NCBI GenBank assembly: GCA_973895155.1 | Contig: OZ316891.1 | Coordinates: 7,805,808-7,869,807, forward strand | Source of the DNA: Marsupella aquatica | Lineage: Eukaryota > Plantae > Marchantiophyta | DNA: 64,000 nucleotides | Direction: 5' to 3' | Shown here: piece by piece, positions 1 through 16,500 of the stretch | Position numbering within the stretch: the first letter of the stretch is position 1 | Layout of the letters: each line of letters opens with the position of its first letter | The notes under the pieces: model-generated | The model's database searches: none | Seen by the model: the letters and a program-made list of their open reading frames with translations, nothing else | Told to the model about the DNA's origin: nothing | Program-made: the position numbers and the translations under genes

Positions 1-264
1 TCTTTGAGACGAATCAATCTGAAACTCGATTTGGTTTCATTCATAGCTAGATAAATCCCACATTCATCCATGACCATCACGGTGGAGCGTTTGCGGTTTG
101 CAGAGCTAACACCTCTAGGAATGCAAATTCGGATTGGTCTGGGAGGACAATCTGGGAGGAATCAGGAGAGAAAAAAAACAATACCAAATCTTTGGGTCAA
201 CCCTACCCTCAGATCTCTGGCCTTTAGATCCTGGATGAGACAGCACCTCATGTCTCGAGGTTTG

Positions 265-590
265 CTCATGCTCATGTCTGTCGTGTGATGAACAATGCAC
301 TCACCATAGAAGGTGAAACCCAGCTCTAGTCCTAGTGAAGTTGAATGTGCACTTTATAATGAGAGCCTCACTGTTGCCCATGTCTGTCGTGTGGTGAACA
401 ATGTACTCCACCATAATGGTGAAGTGCAAGTACATTCCACAATGTGCTCACCATAAAAAGTGAAACCCAGGTCTATTCCTAGTGCAACTGAATGTGCACT
501 TTATAATGAGAGCCACACTCGCTCATGTCGGTTGTGTGTTGAGCGATGTACTCACCAGAAAAAGGGGAGCCGGGGTACATTCCAAGTGAA
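265..590. repeat. Degenerate tandem repeat (~110-150 bp units)
   Basis: Recurring blocks ctcatgtctgtcgtgtg..gaacaatg(c/t)actcacca and gaatgtgcactttataatgagagcc occur 2-3 times. A further small duplication attggagaggcagaaagctcacatt lies at ~648 and ~694. Confidence 0.7.
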
Positions 591-1694
591 ACAGTGGTGA
601 TTTAAAAGAGAATGGGAGCTTCCTGCCTCCAGTGACAAGGAAGCTTACATTGGAGAGGCAGAAAGCTCACATTCTTACTGAATGTCCCGACTTATTGGAG
701 AGGCAGAAAGCTCACATTGGTGAGTGAAACGGCAGAGCTTCGAGTAAATCCTGTCCTAGACTCAGCATTTCTATGTGCTGTGAGGGTTTCAAGCTCTTCG
801 AGCTGACTTGCTTATCCCTCATTCCGAGTCCGTTGCTGCTGCTAACGTTTAAACTTGAAAAGGTGTGGTTTCCTTCCACTCGCTGATGCTTCGTCATCAA
901 ATGTCTTGAAATGGGCCTGCCCCAATTTTCCTTGACATCAGCTCCTCAAAATGACCCAGTTGCCTTCCTTCCGCTATGAAGTCCTTTATTCGCTCATCAA
1001 ATTGATGAACTTCCAGACTTAGACTCTCTACCTTTCAAATTACAAAACGAAAACAGACACGGTATTTCAATCGACAATCCAGATAGAGCTCGCGCAGCCG
1101 AGACGTAAATGTACAGATTGGAGTGTCTGGCCAACGGTGACAGACGCACCTCATTCCTAGCTCAAATGATGTTCGAGTACCATTTGAACAAAGTGCAGAC
1201 TACCGTTTGCACACAAGTGCAACGTTTTTCTGCCAGCATGAGCGTCGTTTTCTTAACCTAGACCAAACATTAGCTCCTCACGGTCTACATACTGACATTC
1301 AGGGTGTTCAGTATGAGCCCAGTATGCGGTAAGAGGTAAACAATGTTTGTTAATAGAAGCAACCACAGGTATACAAGAAGAACCGGCAGTCCAAAGCATA
1401 ACGAAGAAAGCAGGTCCTCCTAATTTCAGCCACAAGACACCCTTCAAGCTATCAGGAAGTGGCTCATGGAACTCTTACAGCTATCAGGAAGGTACCACAC
1501 TTCCTTGGCTCCTTGGCTGTCCAAGGAAGCTGTTTCCCTGACTTATTGGAGAGACAACAAGCCCTGCTACTCTTTCAACGTATTCAATTACAAAAGCTTC
1601 AGTATAGAGATCGACTTGAAAGAGAAGGTGTTCGTCAAAAAATAAATTAAAATAGCAGATATCCGCCTCCACCCTACACAAAAATGTTGTCGTC

Positions 1695-3360
<1,666 letters not shown>

Positions 3361-3370
3361 CGCTGCCAAC

Positions 3371-3817
3371 GCCTATGCCTTGCGTCCCGCGTTCCGATTC
3401 ACTGCCTCTTCCTGAAATTCCCCCCGAGAAGAATCCGATTCACAAAACACGCACAGACGGACGATAAGATCACCTCAGTGCGTAAAATAACTCGTTCCAG
3501 ATTGTGAACCAAATCAATGGAGTCTACCACCTATGCCCTATACTGATTCATTGACTCCTCCTGAAATTCACACTCCCCGAGAAAGGATCCGATTCACAAA
3601 CACGCAGAGGCGGACGATAAGATCACCTCAGTGCAAAATAATTCGTTCCAGATTTGTGAACCAAATCAATGGAGTCTACCACCTATGCCCTATTCCGATT
3701 CACCGACTCCTCCTAAACTTCACACCCCCGGGGACAGAATCCAATTCACGAAACAGCCACAGAAGCACGACAGGATCACCGCAACGCAAATAATGCGTTC
3801 CAGATTGTGAACCAAAT
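3371..3817. repeat. ~150-bp tandem repeat, 3 copies, immediately upstream of the PSST start codon
   Basis: cctatgcc...gattca...gatcacc...cgttccagat(t)tgtgaaccaaat recurs at ~150-bp spacing (unit starts near 3372, 3530, 3682). Confidence 0.85.
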
Positions 3818-5019
3818 AGAAAAAAGCAGCATCGCTACCTTGCGAGTGAAGGTCGTCCGATGCAGAGCTCCTCCTTTCTTCCGATTCCCCAAAACACGCC
3901 AAAAAAATTGGGCGATGATGTCACCGCAATGCAACAATGATACGTTCCACACTTGTGAGCCACCGAATGAAGAGGATCGATAGCTCCGCAGTGGAGTCAC
4001 AGGATTGCAATCGGGAAAGAAAGCTGCTCTGATCAAAACTCTGCTGCTCGTCGAAATACAGTGCTTCGTAACAAAGCGAACAAAGCTGGATCCGAAAACG
4101 ACGCTCTTCAGTAATTGCGAAGAGTTTTCACTCAAGATTTTCAGTGTGCAAAAACCCACCATATCCGCTTTTAACACATTGCTATTAAGATATTTTAATT
4201 TCCCATGTTGCCATTGTTCTTGTTATATTTACAAAAACATCAGTGTATTTTTAATATTCTCACCTGGTTACTTTCTTAGACTAATAGTCAGGGTTTTTGT
4301 ATATTCTCACCTGGTTACTTACTTAAACTTACAGTCTTCATACACTGTGGCATATTTGTAAATACAAAAAATGAATTGTAAATACAAAAAATGAATTCAC
4401 CTGATTACTTTCTTCAAATTATAGTCTTTATACACTGTGGCATATTTGTAAATACAAAATAAATCATGACAATACTATCTTTCCTTGAAATGACAATACT
4501 ATCTTTAGTGGCAAAGTAATTAAAAGTTGCAATACACATATCACGCTGCAAAAAATGTACTCAATTTCTAAAAGCACACCATATGGATGTCAATATGATG
4601 GTGCCCAAAAACACTCATGTCCAAAATGCCCACCATATCTATCAATGTGTTTATAAAAGGAACTCCTCCTTTGACAAGATCCCAAAGAAATCTATGAGGG
4701 GTGGGTCTCTAAGTGGCCAAAGGGAGAGAAGAAGAGGTAAAATCTGTAAGACATTGTGTTCTTAGTTGTAATCAATTTGGCTTATCAAGAGTTGATTAAC
4801 ATTTGATTAGTTTAAAAAATTCACATTTTCTCTCTCATGGTGTAGATACTTGAGGAGTTTATCATGTTGTCTTGACTATTTAGTGATTGAGATTGGTATA
4901 CTCATGTTCTGTTTATGTAGTGAGGTTTCTCACAATATCTTTCAACCAAGATGTGAGTTACAAAGTTGTAGTATAATGCTACTCCCCCAGTGAGAAACGC
5001 AATTGACAAAGGTTTTCTA

Positions 5020-5620
5020 GTAGAGAAGAACCTGGTGGATCCACTTATGGAAAGGTTGTCCGTCTACTAATGTCAATCTTGACTCTTGGAAAATGATGCA
5101 TGCAAGGTTCTTCTCTAATTTGCCTGCCAAGAGGACATTAAAACAATTGAACACTTGTTCTATGACTGTCCGAGGCTTTGATAAGGTTGGGATCATCTAG
5201 AATGTATAGTTGGTGGCACCAGAGTAAACCACCATCATCCATAAAACATAATGTACATGTGCAATATCTAACTTATATACCAGTGGTGGACACAAGAGAT
5301 ACATGGTTTATCTCGCTATAGGCTATAGGAACATAACTTTAAGATGCATAATTCCCATAGATTAAGCTCTCCTTATCTCTCAATTGATTCCATAACAATG
5401 AGAGGTGCCTAAATTATTTCACTCATTAAATCCTGTTAGTGAATATAGTAGTAACTTATATAAGATTAATCAAACACTTGATTATTGTAAGAATAATTGG
5501 GGTTATATAGTAACTCTACATTTAAGCGCAACCCTAGCTTTTTCCTTATCATTAGATGATTATAAGTATTTGGATTGAAAGAAAACAATGCACATTTAAG
5601 GGAAGCTACAAGGTTCCCTG
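5020..5620 (+). mobile_element. Degenerate L1-type LINE ORF2 3' fragment (zf-RVT region)
   Basis: Plus-strand fragments translate to WWIHLWKG...WKMMHARFFSN, CQEDIKTIEHLFYDCPR (zf-RVT-like E.I.HLF..CP) and IWIERKQCTFKG (IW.ERN...F-like). They are broken by frameshifts and stops. Confidence 0.6.
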
Positions 5621-7588
5621 ATCATCTCCTTCTCCATGGATCTACAATGAACATTCATCCAACTCGTCAGCAGACTAGAAACATTATAGAGTGCCTCAAT
5701 GAGACTCTCACTTAAATCACTGAGATGATTGAAAGGGCCACTAAGAGAAACCACAACAGTGGTAGTATTATTGATGATAGAATGTAGCTCTCGTCACTAT
5801 AGTCGTCTGTTGCCAATAGGGAGTCAAATAGGTTGAAGGTTGAATGCTTGTAGTGGTGTTACTTTCTAGTGTGGGCAACATGAAAGGACCCAGTGCAGGA
5901 GCTCCCACAACGCCATTGATAGAGATCCCTGGAGTGATAGCCAGAACCATCATAGGTCCCTTGCTGTTGGGCTCCCCAGCTGGAGGCAATGGGGTCACTC
6001 AACGGCATGGATCCAGGTACTGGAGTGAGAGATCTTGGTATTATGTATTTCAACACAAAAATGGCCTTGCAGTAAGTCCCTGCTCTTTAAGGGTCAACTG
6101 CACAAATTCATAAGAACGACGTGAGAGTAAGATAAATATATTTGAGAGTATTTGCAAAAGTTTTAAAAGCGAGGGAGATTTTAATCAGATAGCTGTAAGG
6201 CAAGCTTCATAATTTTACAGAAAGGACTTCATTTCCCTGCTGTGGACGTAGTGACCTGCTCCGTGATTCTCAGTGTATTGTGTTCCCACTACTCCACAAC
6301 TCCCTGGAAAAAAATAGGACAGTCAACATGTTCCCAACTTTTTCGAGCGAGAACTATAAATAGGAGGTGAAAAATTACATTCTTTGCAGCAATCACTCGT
6401 GGAGAGCATCTTCATAGTAAGTTGCCATGATGGAATAAAGTAAGTGCTTATCACATTCATAAGACTTGCATTCGTATCCATAGCGACTCACAAGATTGCA
6501 CATCGGTATCCAAATTCTCGCCTTCACTCATGGCAAAGTGACCCATAACTTTTGTGTATGAAAAGATCAGGTACACATCGATTACACCTTTATAACATGT
6601 CTCAGTAGCCGGGAAAAGAGAACTGCTCAACATGAACACTGCCGCGACCTTATAGACTGGGTGGCAGCTGGTAATTTCACTCATGCACTGATACTCATCA
6701 ACCGTAGAATTGGACTAGAGCTCCTGGCACTAAGTTGGATTCGAGAATCAAGAACAATTGTCGCCCTCGGTACCCAAGTTGTCCACCGGCGTCCCCTCTC
6801 GCTGTTGAGGCTCCTGCAATCCTTCCTCTCACCCAAAGCTACAGTAACAAACACACGCTTAAGTAAGGCGCTGAATGTTGAGCAAAGACAACGCAAGTAT
6901 GTAGAAATGAAATTAAACTCGAAGCCTCCTAAGAGTTTGCTGATGTGGGACTCGGACTTGTCTTTTGAGTAACGCCCACAAGGATTGCCTATATCGGTTT
7001 GTCACAGGGGTCATACCTAGTGCATCAGCCAATAATATGAAATCTGGCAATTGGGAAGCTCTATGCATGCACGCGTATTCTTACATAGATCCCACCTGTA
7101 CTCACATCCACACCACCACCGACACGGTTACCAGACTATCATCCCAAAACTCACTTCATTAACCGTAAATGCAATCCATGTCATAACGGGATATCACAGG
7201 CCAAAACACATTAACTTATTCTCAGTCAAAGAACAAGGACGACCTGAACCTCTAAACCTGTCAACCCAATTCTTAATCGCAATTTCCATCAATTGAACAT
7301 GTCAGAGGATAGGTGAGTTGGAGATGTCAGTATTGTGATTACCTTCCGTGGGTCATATGTGATGCTTTTAAACTCTATCTTGAAGAACGACCCTGGGAAC
7401 CGATTGCAGCAAATCACATTATGTATCCGCATTTGAATTTCCCCATAAGAGTGACAAACTCTTATTACTGTGGCTCTGGCAGCATCTACTCTTTCACCAT
7501 GAATAACCGATCTTGACGGAGAAACTGCCAATGTCCAACTTTGCTGCAATAATTCTTGAGAAATGATTGTCGACACGAGTATCTGATC

Positions 7589-10500
7589 TCAAATCCATGG
7601 AGTCCACCCCTCAAACATGTTACACAGGTTGTCAATGCTCGTGGCTTGTCGCAATAAGTGATCAACATGCTCTGCCACTGCAAGTTGCCTGTAAATTCCA
7701 TTATAGACCGTTAAGAATGTATATATACCCTGGCATATTACCTTACTCCAGATGCGAGAGTTTGCTGATGGCAAAATTTCGCAGATGCAACGTAAGGGCT
7801 GTGAATGCCCCAAGTGCCATAATGAGCTTGTAGACTTGGCTCTAACAATGTGCTAGCAGAAATTACACAAGACCATTATGCCTTGAAGATTTTATTCAGC
7901 ATTGTCCACGATACAAGCTTATTTGTCATTTACAAGGATGGAACGAGTTATCAAAAATATACCTGCTACCATTTATATCCTGTCCTTCAAGTTTGGTTCT
8001 CACTCGCTTCAATACTGAAACAGCATATGCATTTTTCTCTGCAAGGATCAAGGTCCAGGTGTCGTTTATCCATCACTGGGAACGAATTGACAACTACACA
8101 CCAGCAACTGATCTACTGACACTATCACTCCCACAGGGTGGAACATAATGAAAAAATCAGCGGAAAGGTCTGCTATTTCTTTGATCGAATGTTACCTCTG
8201 GTATTTCGCTGCTGGAAGTCCGGATGCATGATGTGGTAGCTGCCCTTCGCTCTTGAGAGTTCCTGTTTTGAATGGTTCAGCACCATTTGGATTTGTTGAT
8301 CTCTATGAATACCAGATGTCCAATTATTAACGGCAATCTGTGTGCTTGGAGAAGCATCACTGATCTTCAAGTTCTCAAAGTTTCCTCTACTACTTTTCAG
8401 GCCCGACTGGGTATCCATGTCCTTATCTTCTGTTCCCAAAATGGTAGCAACTGCAGTTGAATGTCTGTACTCGTCATCTGCTGTAGCTGCCATTTCGTTA
8501 ATTGGAGTGTCTGTACCTTCTCCAAGAGCCGTTGCGTTAATTGTTCCTCCTAATTCAAGTATTTGATTGGAAGAAGAAGTCCCATTAATGGTATTCTTCT
8601 TACCAGTGGTTGAAGGAGAAGCACCGGAACAACCCGTGAGTCGCGGTGATGCCTCGACTGTAAGTTGGAAGGGACCACGCTCGTTCGGATTGACTGATTC
8701 AAGGCTGACAGAACTGTCAGGTGGTGATAGAAAATTCTCTTCATCGTCGTGCAAATATAACCCATCGGATTGAGAAACAAGCCTTGTGGCACCATCACGT
8801 ATATTTAGCTCGACAAACCCATTCGTTTGACCTTCAGCGGATGCTACAGCCCCAGCAGCAACTTCTGATCCCACACCTGCAATCTCTTGTGATCTGGAAT
8901 CTTGACTCTCTCCCACACCTTCCAGTGCCTTGTGTAGAACACCTGCGTCCAAGCAGGCAGTACGTGCAAGCTTTGCCAATGATGAATGTAAGCACTTGAC
9001 GTAAGCGATCAATCCAGGGATTGTGTTGGCCAGTACTGGTGCAATCTCCCTCACGTTCTTCAGAAGGGATTGCAGAGGCACCGAGCTATGACCTTGAATT
9101 CCCACCTCCATATCTACCTCACGCTCTCCTCCACCCGAAACCCTGTGCCTGAAGGAAGTTGAGGCTGATGCAAGCATTGGGTCCAGAGGGAGAATCAAGT
9201 GATAAACCTTACTTAGATCAATCATGAGCTGCTTATGCTGAGCAAAAGCCTCCTGTGCAAGGCTGTGCACGTCATGAGCTCCTTCTGCGCTATCTGAGAT
9301 TGCAAGAACCTCTTCTATCATGGTACCACTCTCTGACGTAAGAGCTGAATGGTCTCTCATGACTCGGCAGAAAGAGGAAACTGCAGCTGTAGCCTCAGAT
9401 GTGATATCTCTAACCTCCATGTTTGCAGCTTGAAGTTCCCTTGAGGCTGACTCAACATCCTGGGAAGCAATGCGAAGCTCCTCTGTAATACTGCTCAAAT
9501 GGGCAGCCACTGCTTCTGACTTCTTTTGCGCTTCTTGCCATTCTCGATCAGAACCCGTGAAAGAGTGGTACGCAGCTTCTAGCCTGGAGATTAAGTTTAG
9601 ATAAGGTTTTTGCCAAGGATGTCGACGATCATTAACAGAACTTGTTGATAGTTGTGCCATATCCTTCTGAAAAGTTTGATTCCAAACTCCCCGCGAAGCC
9701 TCAAATTCTACGACTGCAGCACAAAGCCGTGCTATGCCAGCTGATTGTTCTTGCCCCGACCACAGCAATTGTCGTCGCCTGCGGAGATGTTCATGAAATT
9801 CTGGTGGAATCCCTACATTCCGGCTACTGGAGCTGATGCTACTCAGGGCATTACCGCTATTACTTGGACCTGCACATGCCCAAGCCATGGCTCTATCAAG
9901 CTGCTCTTCCGCTGAAAGACTAGCCTCTTCGCACGCTTGAAGGGCCTCTGTGGCTCTGGTGATCGCAGAAACTGAAGACTGCAAGCCTTCAAGGACGTTT
10001 TGCCTACTCCACCAAGCCACATTTGTTGCGCTGGACTCTCCAGCGAAAGAACTGGGAAGCCCCAGGAGCTGATTTTGGGGAATGGTTCGAGCTAAGGCAC
10101 CATCATGTAGCCACTCCATCTGGGCAGCTTCCATGTGAGCTTTATGCAGAGCCTGCATGAGGTCATCCACTCGAGACTTTAAAGAAGACACGGCAGAATT
10201 TGTTGACCGTACAGTCTCATGAGCATCACAATACTCGTGAATGAGCCTCAGCGCCCTCTTGACTGCTGCTTCTTCTTCTTTCTTTACCTGCTGTTGCGCA
10301 AAGTCATCTCCTTCTGTCACAGCCGGCCTCAAAAGCTGTTTCTGCCTTGAAAGGCAAAGCAGTATGACTGGGCCCACACGCTCCCTCAAATACTGATCAA
10401 GAAAACTCTGCAGCTGGATTTCTAGCCTCTTTTTCTGACGACTCAGGATCTGATCCAATCCTGTAGTTACATCCTCACTCGACGAAGCGCCTTGGACGCA

Positions 10501-13500
10501 CAAATTAAGTAGCGTGTCCATTACCCGAACTTTCCATACAAAGAACATCTTGTTATAGTTCAAATTTGAGGATTTCCAAACAGACTTAAAACCTGGGTAT
10601 CCAGCACTTAAAAATTCAGTCTGAGTGACAGATTCCCCCTCCAGCTCTCCCGATTCTCGTGCAAAAGAAGTAAGTAAATGGTCCAAAGGTTCTAAACCGG
10701 CAAATAATCTTGCAAAAGCTGCCAGAAGAACTTTCCCACGCATAAGATGAAGATCTCCATCTGGATCAAGGGCTACAAGAGCATCAAACTGCTGCTCTGC
10801 AGCTCCAAGCGCTGCTTTAACATTTAGTTCACTCCGAGATATAGCTGAAGCCTGGGACCCACGCTGAGCCCAGACTCTGTGCAGTTCCTCTAGCACCCCA
10901 CGACATGCCTCTTCTTCACTAGCCAGTTCATCCGCTTCTTCCCATGACAAGTGCTCCCGACTTCTAGCTGCATTGTCTTCCAGCTCAGCCTGCCGTTTGG
11001 AGATCTGGTCAACCTTCTCTGGGTAGCTTTTCTCTAGATCCAAAAGAGAGGACCTTTGGGCCTCAATTACAGCCACTTGCTCTATGGCAGCATCAACAGA
11101 TAAGCGAACTCGTGAAAGAGAAGTGAATGCTTCTAGCACAACTGGGTCATGGGAAAGAGATGCCTTTAAAGCCTCTGGTAGAACCAGTCCTCCCAGCTGA
11201 CTCCCAAGATCCTCAACTCCATCTATGCATGCCCGACAGGATTGAGCCCATTCGGCAATCTGAAGAAGTTCATCACTTAAAGGACTGCCAAGCTGATGAA
11301 ATTCTGTAATCAAATCTGACACAAGGGCCCACTGCTCAACGTGCTTTTGAAACTCTGGAAGACACCACCTCCACACTTCTGAACCATTTTCGTTTCCATA
11401 AGGGAATGCTCCTCCTCTGTCAGTAGTTCTAGCTCCTATTCTTTCGGAAATTTCATCGACAAGAGTTGCTACTGCTGCGTGTAGCACAGATAATACCTTG
11501 GCGCGTTTCTCCTCAGTTTCAAGGGGGAATCCACCTGTGTCCCTGTCTTTTCCTTCTTCAGTTTTGCTTTGAAGCACTACGGTGGATATCAGATCATCTT
11601 CTTTCTTTGACTTACCTCTGGACAGCAAGTGGCGCGAAAATACGGTCAGAAGACGATCCTTTGCCTTGCGCTCAGCTTCAACATCAATGGATTCCTCTAG
11701 TTCAGTACATTCAGCTTGTATCTTGCGTACTTCTTTCCAGAACTGCTCAACGTGCACCTGTAAAGCCTCATACTTTTGCCTGATTACATCATCATGCTCC
11801 CCCCGTCCTCTAGCTACAAGATCCGATGCTTGATGCCTAGACGCAGCTAGAACATCCGGTGAAAGCTTTCTAACAAGAGCCTGCAATATTTGAGCCCAAC
11901 TATGACCATCACAACTGGCCATATAGTTGCCTGGTAAAAGCCTTTGGAGTGCCATTGCATAGGCCTGCAGCATCTGCGAAGCATGCAGAAGGGCTTCATG
12001 GCGCGTGGTGAGAAGCTGTGCAACCTCCCTGTCAACCTCCTTACAATGAATCTGCGCAGGTTCTGGCACAATTGTCAAAGGCACCCCAGCTGATAGCACT
12101 GCGGCTGTTAGAGATAGACCCTCGAGAAGACTGGGGAGTTTCCCAATAGTTTGGACCTCTGGAACATTCCCATTGCGAAGAGCACTCAGCACCCGAATAT
12201 GTTGGTCTACCCATTGAGTCATTTCTACAGCCGCCTCAGCGAGCTGTCCCTTCACTTGCCCAAAGTCATGAACCTGAATCTCATGTCCGATTCGAGCTTG
12301 GTCCAAGGCTGTGGATGACTCTGACATAAGTGCTCTAGCAGCTGCCTCGGTTCTCAAGATCATCAACCGTTTCTTTTCTAGCTGTCCAGACGCAGTCAAT
12401 GCTCGCTCATATCTGTCTCCAGCTTTTGTCCATCTTTGTAGTGCGTGAGAGACTGCAGGGAGAGTTGTCAATAGCTGATCATGGTGTTTCTGAAGAGGTA
12501 CACGAATCTCTTGCACACGTGATGCAAACAGGCTCAAGCTGACTGCCAGCTCCATTCCCTTACGCTCCTCTCCTCCAATAGTGGCTTCATCATGCCCATC
12601 TCCCCGCATCCACTCAACCAATGGATCCCAAATAAACACCTCTAAAAGCATCAGAATTAAGTCCTTATGATTCTGAAGTGCTTTCAAAACTGCTTCACAG
12701 TTCGCGCGAAACATTCCTTCCACTCCCGTCAACCCTAAGGCTGCTTGGATTGTCTGCGTAAGACGGAATGGAACAATTTCTGGGATCTTCAATCGTAGTC
12801 CTTTGTCAAAGCAAACATTGTAATCAATGTGGACAACATCACCAGTGGAGAAATCCACAAGAATGTTGTCGAGGTGGCGATCCCCAAGTCCCAAGATATA
12901 CCCTACCATACTCATGACAGCAATACTTCCAGAGAACCTGCAAGGGAAGAAAATAGCAAGCAAATATATCTCATTAGATCTCTATACCAAAATCTATCAT
13001 CGAGGATGAACTCCGAAGCGCAGAGAACAATAAGTCATCTCAATCTGAAGGATTGGTTAAATAGACAGGAGAATGTGAGAGAAAGTTACAAAAGCAAGCA
13101 AAAATGTCTTGCTTCATAAAAATGTGATGGCACTGCTCAAATAAGGCTTTGCCTAATATCAGTGGAATCGCACGCTAGTTTGATGACGAAAGAGTATGGA
13201 ACACAAAATCGAGGCGGCTTACCTTTCCTGCTTGAGGTTGAAATTATGCAGTCCAGCACTTGCACACCAAAGTTCCCGATGTAGCAACTGTCTAGGGGTC
13301 TCTTTCATGAGTTCCAGCAACACTTTTCGCTTTACTTCTTGTGGCCAGTCTCTCCTAGATATCACTTTTCTTAAGCCTTTTTCTTTTAAAGCTGGGATAA
13401 TTTTTCCATAGAAAAGGTCACTAGGACGGGGAACTTCAGGAGGATGAATCGTATCGACAGGTCCAGCAGAGCTCCGTTGTACAGCCTGTACACGTTGTTG

Positions 13501-16500
13501 CCAGCCTTTGAAGACACTGTACATACTGGTCAGGTTATTCAACCACTGGATTAACCCTGCTCGCCCGCTGATTGGAGTGACTGAGTAGTGGCGAACAGCG
13601 AGACCTCGTCGTTTGGTTGTACCGTGAGCTCTCAACATTCCATTCACAGCATGTAAGAGTTGCATTATTCTTGAATCTAGTCGTAGATCCTCTCGACCCT
13701 TAAGGAGATACGTGTAGCGCTCACCATCAGAACCCACCATCGAAATCTTCTTAGGCTTTGTCTTTGTTGCGAGAATGGCTACTTCCTCGTCGAAAGCAGC
13801 AATGGTTACCATTCCGGCGTATCCACTACTTTCTTTGGCAACTCGGACATCCTTGGATACATCTTGTACAACACCTTGGAGACCTGATGTTTGCACTTCC
13901 AGTCCAGGCATTGGTGCTTCAGAAGACCTCACAGCCGCTAGTTGAGGAGAAATATCACTGAGCAGAGTGGATGACTTCTTTTGATGGTTATTAAAAGATG
14001 CTGCTATTGCATCCAGAGCGACCCAGGCTTCCCCAAGAGATGCTAACCCTGCAGAGGGGGCTTTGAAGTTGGAAATTGAAGTCTTTAATTGTGCCCCAAA
14101 TTGCTCTTGAAACCACACTTCATGTGGGGTCACTGCGGGCCTTGATGTTGATGCTAGACGGCGCTCCAAGGCAACCGCTACAGGTGCCATCATGGCAGAG
14201 TACTTGGCGGCATTGATCCGCAACTTCTCTGCATGAGTGAGTGTCAGATTCTCTGCCACCCTAGCCGCTTCATCCTTCAAAGTGGCAATACGTCGCATGA
14301 CATCTGCAAAGTAGAAGTATGAGGTTAAGCAACTGCAGGTGCTCCGATACTGAAAGCTCTTTTGACGAACGAATCATTCTCTTGAACACAGCATACAACT
14401 TTTCGTTGTACTATCCATAAATCTTTCATAGTGCCTACACTTTATTTGGTAGCAAAAGAGTAATAAAAGCACACTGCTGTTTTGAGTGCAAACGTACCTG
14501 CATGTAGGTCCTGCAAAGTACTCAGCCATTGCTCGTCCCAAAGAACTGTGATGGCACCGAGCTCAGCAATCATTACTTGAACATCCTTCACAAGTCTTGG
14601 ATGGAGATAAACCTGCAAATCACAGACCAATCTGAGAAAGTCATTCTAAGATAAGGTAACGTGATGGAAGAAACACATTGAAGGTTTGACATTAAAGTTG
14701 AGAATGATGACTTCTCCTTTACATGATCCTTAGGATTGTCTAATGTTTTCTTTCGAAAATAGCTGCTGATACATTTCTGTTCCGGGGCCAAATGAATCCT
14801 TGAGAATTTCAGTTCTGTGCCCCTAGTAGAATGGATTGCAAGGAATATGAATACAAAAGCCAAACCATAATCTGCCGAAGAGAACAAAAGGTTCTTGAGG
14901 CAGCTGTATTGAGTCCATGAAAAGTTGTTCGTACCAGGCAGCTGAGAATTCGTTGAAGTTCTTCAGAAGGCTGGCCTTCAGAAGCATTAATGTCCACCAA
15001 CGTTGGGTAAACAATAGCCCATGGAGACACATGGGCCAGAGACATTAGCAAGCCCTCCAATTGCTTCCGCACCTTCATCTCAGGATGACTGCTTAATCGA
15101 GCAAAAAGTTGCGCTGTCAAAGCCTGCAATCGAGGACGCCTTAAGAAGCAGGTCCTGGTAGCCTACGAGTTGACCGAGACACAACAAAGTTTCCCAGGAA
15201 GAATAATGGAACCCAAAAAACAATTACTCTTAATCAGACAATCCTTGGACGACTTATTACTACCGACTAACGGTCTCGGGCATGTCCTTACCTGCCAAGG
15301 AGATGGAGGCACTGATGCGAGTCCTTGCACAAGTACATCCTCCAGCTCTACCCCATAATTCAGAAGGATTCGCATCACAAATAAGGAAGCACTAAGTACA
15401 CCATCTGTTCTCTTCGACTTGACCCTGTCTGGCCAGCATTTCCTATTGGACTGTAGGTCTGGCTGCTCATTATTTGACATGGAAAGATAATGAAGGAAGC
15501 CCCGAGCAGCATGCCCGAACAAAGAAACTTTCTTTCGACGCACGTCCCACCAGACACGCATCAACTGGCTGACAAGAGTAGTCACGTCAAAAGAACTATC
15601 AATCAATGAGAGTATCTGTAGCTCCTGATGTAGCTGCATAGAGAGCGACATGGCAGGTGACTCTCCGTCGGAATCTTCGACACCAATCACTCCGGCTGCG
15701 TTTTCCATCATGAACACCAGGCGCTGAACGAGAGAGTCCAAGGGAATGCCTCTATCCCTGCATAACTGCGCACCATGCGTGGATCTGCTAGCTCCACCTC
15801 CTACTTCTTCGTCTTCAATTTTGCTGGATTCCAGGGTGATAGCATCGCTGACAATTGTAAAGATTGTCTCACTTCTTACACTTTCTCCACTACCATCCAG
15901 TTCTAATTCAAGACGTTGGGAAAAGATCTGTGGCTTGGGGGTAGAAGATCCCAAAAGAAAACTTCTTGCACGTTCGTAGCACCAAGACGCATACAAAAAC
16001 CACGCTTTAGCCATCTCAGGGCACAGCACTGTCGCTGCTTTTATACCCGCACCTACGATCTCCTGCAGGATAGCGGAGGACTTTCCATTTGCAAATCTGT
16101 CTGTGCTCCGAGCTACCAAATCCTCGTCTGCTATTATTTCAGAGCTGTGATCACAATTTTTGTCAAGACTCAATCTAGGAAGTAGATTTGCCAGAGACAC
16201 TTGTGAAGGCCTGCGTTTTAGCCAAGATGACAGCTTCAGGCAGGCTGTGGCACTCAGGACTTTGTCAAATTCAACAGACTGTGATGAAGGAGTATTCAAA
16301 ATAAAATCCCGGGAAAACTCCCATAGCTCCACAATAGCGTCCACGTAGTTCTCCTCTGCATAGCTGAGCAGGATGCTCTCATACTTAAAGCTCCTGGGCA
16401 AAACCCTCCCAGGGATTATTCCATGTTTGGAAACTCGTTCACCCGGAGTTTGGAGTAATAATCGTCGTGCCAGTTTAAAGTTGAACTGCTTGCGCCCTAA

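Noticed and set aside
3400-3412. cactgcctcttcc resembles part of miR408
   Set aside because: Only a 13-nt match, with no fold-back partner, inside a tandem-repeat unit.
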